A DNA stretch of 12,109 nt, taken from Pseudobacteriovorax sp. Lineage in GTDB: Bacteria; Bdellovibrionota_B; Oligoflexia; Oligoflexales; Oligoflexaceae. Below the pieces are notes generated by a model. That model did not search any database, was not told where the DNA came from, and saw only the letters and a program-made list of their open reading frames with translations. Below are positions 8,096 to 12,109 of this stretch, piece after piece (positions within the stretch are counted from its first letter, which is position 1; the number at the start of each line of letters is the position of its first letter). Both the position numbers and the translations under genes were made by a program. The stretch covers positions 1-12,109 of the forward strand of contig JBNKNM010000175.1 of assembly GCA_050293845.1 (NCBI GenBank). Direction: 5' to 3'.

Positions 8096-9157
8096 TTAAA
8101 ATTTAACAACTAAATCAACCATTGTTGATTGGAAATTTTGTCCGCCTTTAACGGCGAGTTTTTCAAATCTTTGGGATATACCTAAGCTAGAACTCTCGTC
8201 AAGCTTGTAGGAAACATGAATACGTTCCCCCTTGCGGTCTGTACCACCACCGCCGAAGTCGCCGTCAGATAGGGAACCGATTGTTGCATCTTTTTCTAGA
8301 CTTGCAGTAGCGATTGTAACTTTGAAGTCACCTGCTTTGACTGTAGCGCCAGCTAGGTACCCCTTACCGTTTTCATCGACCTCGCCATTGTTAATACTAT
8401 TGACAAAGGCAGTGACATTCCATTGTGGTAATGAAACTTCCAGGCCGATGTCGCGGACAATATACTTGTTTGTATAGTAGGTATTCGTGACGTTACCTTC
8501 AGTGTCTACAAGTTTAGCTACAGAATTATTGCCGCTTTTACCGTCGATAAGCGCTCGGCCTTTGATGTAGTTATAATTGTAAATAGCTGCGCTAAACTTA
8601 ACAATAACGGCATTAGTGCTGTATAAGCCGCCAATCTGACCTGTATATAGGATACCATCACGGCGATCGCCGCTACGCTCGTCATACCAAAACTCACCTG
8701 CCTGAGCAAAGTAACTGAATGACCCCATCTCACCAGCATACTTTAGGTTGATACCCTCAAAAGTAACATCGCTGTCCCATACCAAGGTAGATCCACCGGC
8801 CCTGAAAAAAGGGTTTTTAATCTTACCCCCGGTTAGCTGGGCACCATCTCTTTGGTAATCAAAGTAACCTAGATCTAAGTTGAGACCTTTTGCGCCAAAC
8901 CCACCATCGAAGGATTGGTTGCGTGATGTGGCTTCGCTACCAGTAGCTAAGCGGAAGGCAACCTTGAGATGCTCAGTGACCTTTGATTTTGCGGCAATGC
9001 GGGCGCGAATTCTCTGTCGGATTCGAGATTCGCTTCCCTCTTTATCGGTTTTCTCATGGCGAAAGCGCAAGTCTCCACCGATCTCTACTTCAGAACCCAT
9101 GGCGCTTAATGAGGAAAACATGCCAACAATAATTAAGGAATTTCTACCAATTTTCAT
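8096..9157 (-). CDS. Putative porin (outer-membrane beta-barrel)
   Basis: Signal peptide; GGDLRFRHE...RIRQRIRARI...FRLATG...SRNQSFDGGF...LTGGKIKNPF...LVWDSDVTFEG...DGDFGGGGTDRKG; C-terminal DLVVKF with a terminal Phe (BamA signal). The pattern resembles the 'putative porin' (Porin_5-like) family. Confidence 0.85.
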   Translation of the reverse strand: MKIGRNSLIIVGMFSSLSAMGSEVEIGGDLRFRHEKTDKEGSESRIRQRIRARIAAKSKVTEHLKVAFRLATGSEATSRNQSFDGGFGAKGLNLDLGYFDYQRDGAQLTGGKIKNPFFRAGGSTLVWDSDVTFEGINLKYAGEMGSFSYFAQAGEFWYDERSGDRRDGILYTGQIGGLYSTNAVIVKFSAAIYNYNYIKGRALIDGKSGNNSVAKLVDTEGNVTNTYYTNKYIVRDIGLEVSLPQWNVTAFVNSINNGEVDENGKGYLAGATVKAGDFKVTIATASLEKDATIGSLSDGDFGGGGTDRKGERIHVSYKLDESSSLGISQRFEKLAVKGGQNFQSTMVDLVVKF

Positions 9158-9184
9158 TTATATCTCCATAGTAATCACAAAAAG

Positions 9185-9491
9185 CTAGTTACTGGCACTT
9201 CCCGAAGAAGTTGCAGGGCTGAGGAAAGAAGACACGGATTTACCGGCTTTTATGACTGCAATGCCTGCAACATCTTGCAAAAAAGTCTACTTCATTCATT
9301 TTTTCTAAAATACGAGCATCCTTTAGCTCTAAAGTTAGGACTGGGATTTTCTGGTCTTTCCACATATACCGCCCGAGGCTCCTTGGTAAGATCTCCAGAG
9401 AAACCCAAGGAAGCCATTTGAAACGGGGGACGCTAATCTTAGAGCCATTAAAGTAGGATATCCAAAGACTTTGAATGCTCATGACTAAAAA
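9185..9491 (-). pseudogene. C-terminal remnant of an M14 zinc carboxypeptidase (MpaA/murein peptide amidase-like), frameshifted
   Basis: LPRSLGRYMWKDQKIPVLTLELK matches the MpaA-type PGSLG..-..IPVITLEL motif with the catalytic Glu. Upstream LVMSIQS..(LDIL in another frame)..FNG resembles IISIHSPLDILDFDG. Removing one T from the 6-T run (9279-9284) extends the frame as VDFLQDVAGIAVIKAGKS...SASN* to 9185. No N-terminal HxxE region is present. Confidence 0.6.
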
Positions 9492-9655
9492 AATATTTTC
9501 CAAACAGCTGCCATCTACCCTAGCAGCCTTCAATATTTCATGCTTTATTGGCAAAAAAACACTTGGTCACGGTCCTTAGATGCAACTATTATCCTGCGGA
9601 CTACTAGCCTCGCGCCCGACAAGTTCAGGCACCATTTATCAGCAGGCAGCCATCC

Positions 9656-11713
9656 TTATTTAAAAATAACAATAAGCTTAGATTCAGTGTATTTCACTAA
9701 AATTTTCCGATTATCAGCGTTTACCTTTGTGAATGCCCCAACGAGATGCTGTCCTTCCATAATGATCCATTCACTACCTGACCTTGGTGCGATTGATGTT
9801 AGATCTAAATTAAGCACACCACTTTCAATATAGATAGTATCTTCCACTGAAACTTGTGTGCGATTATTATTCATTTTTACAGACAAAGCACCACCATCAA
9901 TTGTAAAATTGTCACTTAAATTGAGCGGTTCCTTGACATCAATATCGACCTTGCCATGACTTAGGTATAGGTCGCCATTGCCAAAAGCTTTTGTCGAACT
10001 TGCCTTTAAAGTTCCCCCAAGAACTACGGTGCCACCACTATATGAATTGTTTCCTGTCAATTCCAATGTGCCAGTTCCTTCCTTAGTTAATCGCCCAGTT
10101 CCTCCAATATCATTACACCAGATGTCTTTTTTATGAAAACGTCCTTTTTCTGCATCCATTGAGACGGTCACATCACCAATGAAAGCACCATAGCCGTCGG
10201 CGGCACTAACATAATCTAATCGCCCCCAGCCATTAGAATCATCTAAGAGTGGGTAACCCGAATCTAATGACGTTGTGTAGAGAACTGCACGACGCTGCGC
10301 TGGAGTCAAATAGGGGAGCCTGGTTTCTAAAAGTACCTCTGCTCCTTTAGGAACAATGGCCTCTTGGCCTGCTGCCTCAGCATTTTGCGTGAATCCATAG
10401 GTCAAGCGCTGGCGGTAGAGGGATTTTATCATATCGTGATCCGACCAACGATCATCTGAAACCTCTTGATGGGCATATTCATAAAGACTCATGCCTCCGG
10501 CAAGGGATTTAAAATACTGTCCAGCTTGGTCATATGCAGCAGTTTTTAATTGTTCATTTTCAATATTGTATAAGGCTGCCGCTGCTACTGCGGATGACTG
10601 TATGCGAGCTCCCATGACATCAACTGGTGAGTGCATACCTGCCAAAATACGATCTTCTCCTAGCTGTGAAGCTCTTGTCAGCATTTCACCAAATCGTTCT
10701 GGAATTGCATAGGCATAGGCATAGGCCGCTAAATAACCGGCATTGGTATGACCGCTGGGATATCCACCATCTTTACGTCGGCCATCCTCAGCTTTACGGC
10801 GAACATATTTGAGAGCAGGAACCACACTCACATTCGACTCATATATTTGGAAGCTTTTATCACCTATGAACTCTACTTGCGTAGTATCCTCTACAACATC
10901 TCCATCGTCATTCATCCGCCAAGGACGCGGAGACGAATAGTAATATTTTGAGGGTGAAGTTGAAGCGGAACTATCTCTTAACAGTTTAACCAGCGATACC
11001 ACTTGACCTAATGGAGATGTCAAAGAACCCTTTGCTCCACTATTGTCCCCTCCCTCAGCAAAGCTAATGGTATTGTATACATTAAAGTAGTTGGGATGGC
11101 TTTCTTCCAAGTTAGCATCAAAAATATTGTGGATCACGGCAGCTCTGGCTTCAGAACCAGAGATGTAGTCCTCAGTTAACGGACCTAGGCCATCAATTAC
11201 ACTAAAGTTCTTATCTCTACGATCATCGAGATAGGCTTCTAACGCTTGCTTGTAGGTGCGATTATTGGTTACATCAATAACATATGAAATATTATCTCTC
11301 CAAACCTTCTCATCAACTATTACTGCCCGGCTGAAGTCAGTGGGTCCCGAACCATTAGCCCCACCTTGGGCCCACTCGTCATCACCAAGGGTCCATATAT
11401 CATTAAGCCCTGACAGGATTTTGATGATCGGATTAAAAGTTAGATCGTACTTATTCACTTCATTGCCATCTGGACCGACCCCACTATTACCACCAATATT
11501 ATCAACAACTGGGAGCGGATATACTGAATTAGGTTCCTTCACAACAAGTGAAAACCCCAGTCCTTGCGGTAGCTGTGGTTTTTCGATGTCACCGCCAATA
11601 CCATGACTACCATTGTTTCCATGGCAAGCTGAAAGCCAAAGAAGCACTAGTCCACTGCTTGCAGAAAGTCTCGCAAACATCAGAGCCTTTTTTAGCCGTA
11701 AAAAGTTGATCAT
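9656..11713 (-). CDS. Lipoprotein PAP2-family (class A-like) acid phosphatase with a C-terminal autotransporter-associated beta-strand repeat
   Basis: Lipobox LSAC. All three PAP2 motifs are present: KYYYSSPRP (KxxxxxxRP), PSGH and RILAGMHSPVDV (RxxxxxHxxxD). The repeat is GTGRLTKEGTGTLELTGNNSYSGGTVVLGGTL. No C-terminal translocator barrel. Confidence 0.9.
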   Translation of the reverse strand: MINFLRLKKALMFARLSASSGLVLLWLSACHGNNGSHGIGGDIEKPQLPQGLGFSLVVKEPNSVYPLPVVDNIGGNSGVGPDGNEVNKYDLTFNPIIKILSGLNDIWTLGDDEWAQGGANGSGPTDFSRAVIVDEKVWRDNISYVIDVTNNRTYKQALEAYLDDRRDKNFSVIDGLGPLTEDYISGSEARAAVIHNIFDANLEESHPNYFNVYNTISFAEGGDNSGAKGSLTSPLGQVVSLVKLLRDSSASTSPSKYYYSSPRPWRMNDDGDVVEDTTQVEFIGDKSFQIYESNVSVVPALKYVRRKAEDGRRKDGGYPSGHTNAGYLAAYAYAYAIPERFGEMLTRASQLGEDRILAGMHSPVDVMGARIQSSAVAAAALYNIENEQLKTAAYDQAGQYFKSLAGGMSLYEYAHQEVSDDRWSDHDMIKSLYRQRLTYGFTQNAEAAGQEAIVPKGAEVLLETRLPYLTPAQRRAVLYTTSLDSGYPLLDDSNGWGRLDYVSAADGYGAFIGDVTVSMDAEKGRFHKKDIWCNDIGGTGRLTKEGTGTLELTGNNSYSGGTVVLGGTLKASSTKAFGNGDLYLSHGKVDIDVKEPLNLSDNFTIDGGALSVKMNNNRTQVSVEDTIYIESGVLNLDLTSIAPRSGSEWIIMEGQHLVGAFTKVNADNRKILVKYTESKLIVIFK

Positions 11714-11947
11714 CTAAAACCTCTTTCCTTTCAAGATCGTTGCTATTCAACTAATTTTGAACCTAGATATTTTTGAATAAGTTGCATTGCTTGAAGACTA
11801 AATGGGGCAGCAGGAACTCCATTGCTTGCCGCGATTCCTCCCAGATATCCATCAAATATTGCAGTCCGACCTATCAGTAATTATTGGCCAGTTCAAGAAA
11901 TTAATATTCTTTTTATAAAAATGCGCACTTTTGGTTCGATTCGCATC

Positions 11948-12109
11948 AAGAAGAGAGAGAAAGAGAGAGGAAAGAGAGAGGAAAGAGAGAGAAGAGAGAG
12001 GACGGAGCGTCAGAGAAGAGAGAGGGAAGAGAGAAGAGAGAGGAAGAGAGAGGAAGAGAGAGGAAGAGAGAGGAAGAGAGAGGAAGAGAGAGGAAGAGAG
12101 AGGAAGAGA
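11948..12109 (+). repeat. Polypurine tandem array (AAGAGAGAGG)n containing one AAGAGAGAGGACGGAGCGTCA motif; runs off the window end
   Basis: Imperfect 10-11-nt units at 11951-11991, the motif at 11992-12012, then seven perfect AAGAGAGAGG units (12034-12103) and a partial unit. Confidence 0.92.

Noticed and set aside
9188..9225. Cobalamin-riboswitch-like words (CCCTGCAACT, GGGAAG, GCCAG) upstream of the porin on the minus strand
   Set aside because: Far too compressed for the riboswitch fold, and better explained as the tail of the M14 pseudogene reading frame.
736..11606. Other short ORFs nested in or antisense to the flagellin, GT4, beta-barrel, small basic protein, lipoprotein, porin and phosphatase genes
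   Set aside because: Shadow frames of well-supported genes with no independent signals.
11730..11795. TTCAA/TTGAA words upstream of the phosphatase as a Pho box or operator
   Set aside because: Spacing is irregular (16 and 18 nt), there is no 11-bp GTCA periodicity, and such words are common in AT-rich DNA.

Overview
Bacterial chromosomal window, probably from a Bdellovibrionota/Oligoflexia-like organism (inferred from the MGLRIRTN-type flagellin, the alpha2-type GlyRS, PilZ and lipoprotein content; not verified). The left part (1-4582) is intact core-like DNA: the 5' end of glycyl-tRNA synthetase (missed by the ORF track), a flagellin, a GT4 glycosyltransferase, a small outer-membrane beta-barrel, a small basic protein and a PilZ protein. 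Sigma28/FliA-like promoters lie before the flagellin, the small protein and possibly the PilZ gene. The right part (4588-12109) is a decaying accessory zone: an internal tnpB fragment, a hypothetical lipoprotein, degraded ORFs, a putative porin, a frameshifted M14 peptidase remnant and a lipoprotein PAP2 acid phosphatase. The most unusual signal is a ~21-nt motif, AAGAG(G/A)GAGGACGGAG(C/A)G(C/T)CA, found four times in the same orientation (5054, 5107, 5206, 11992). Each copy sits in a purine-rich tandem array built from that copy's own first ~10 nt. The first array starts where tnpB similarity stops, and the last runs off the window end.
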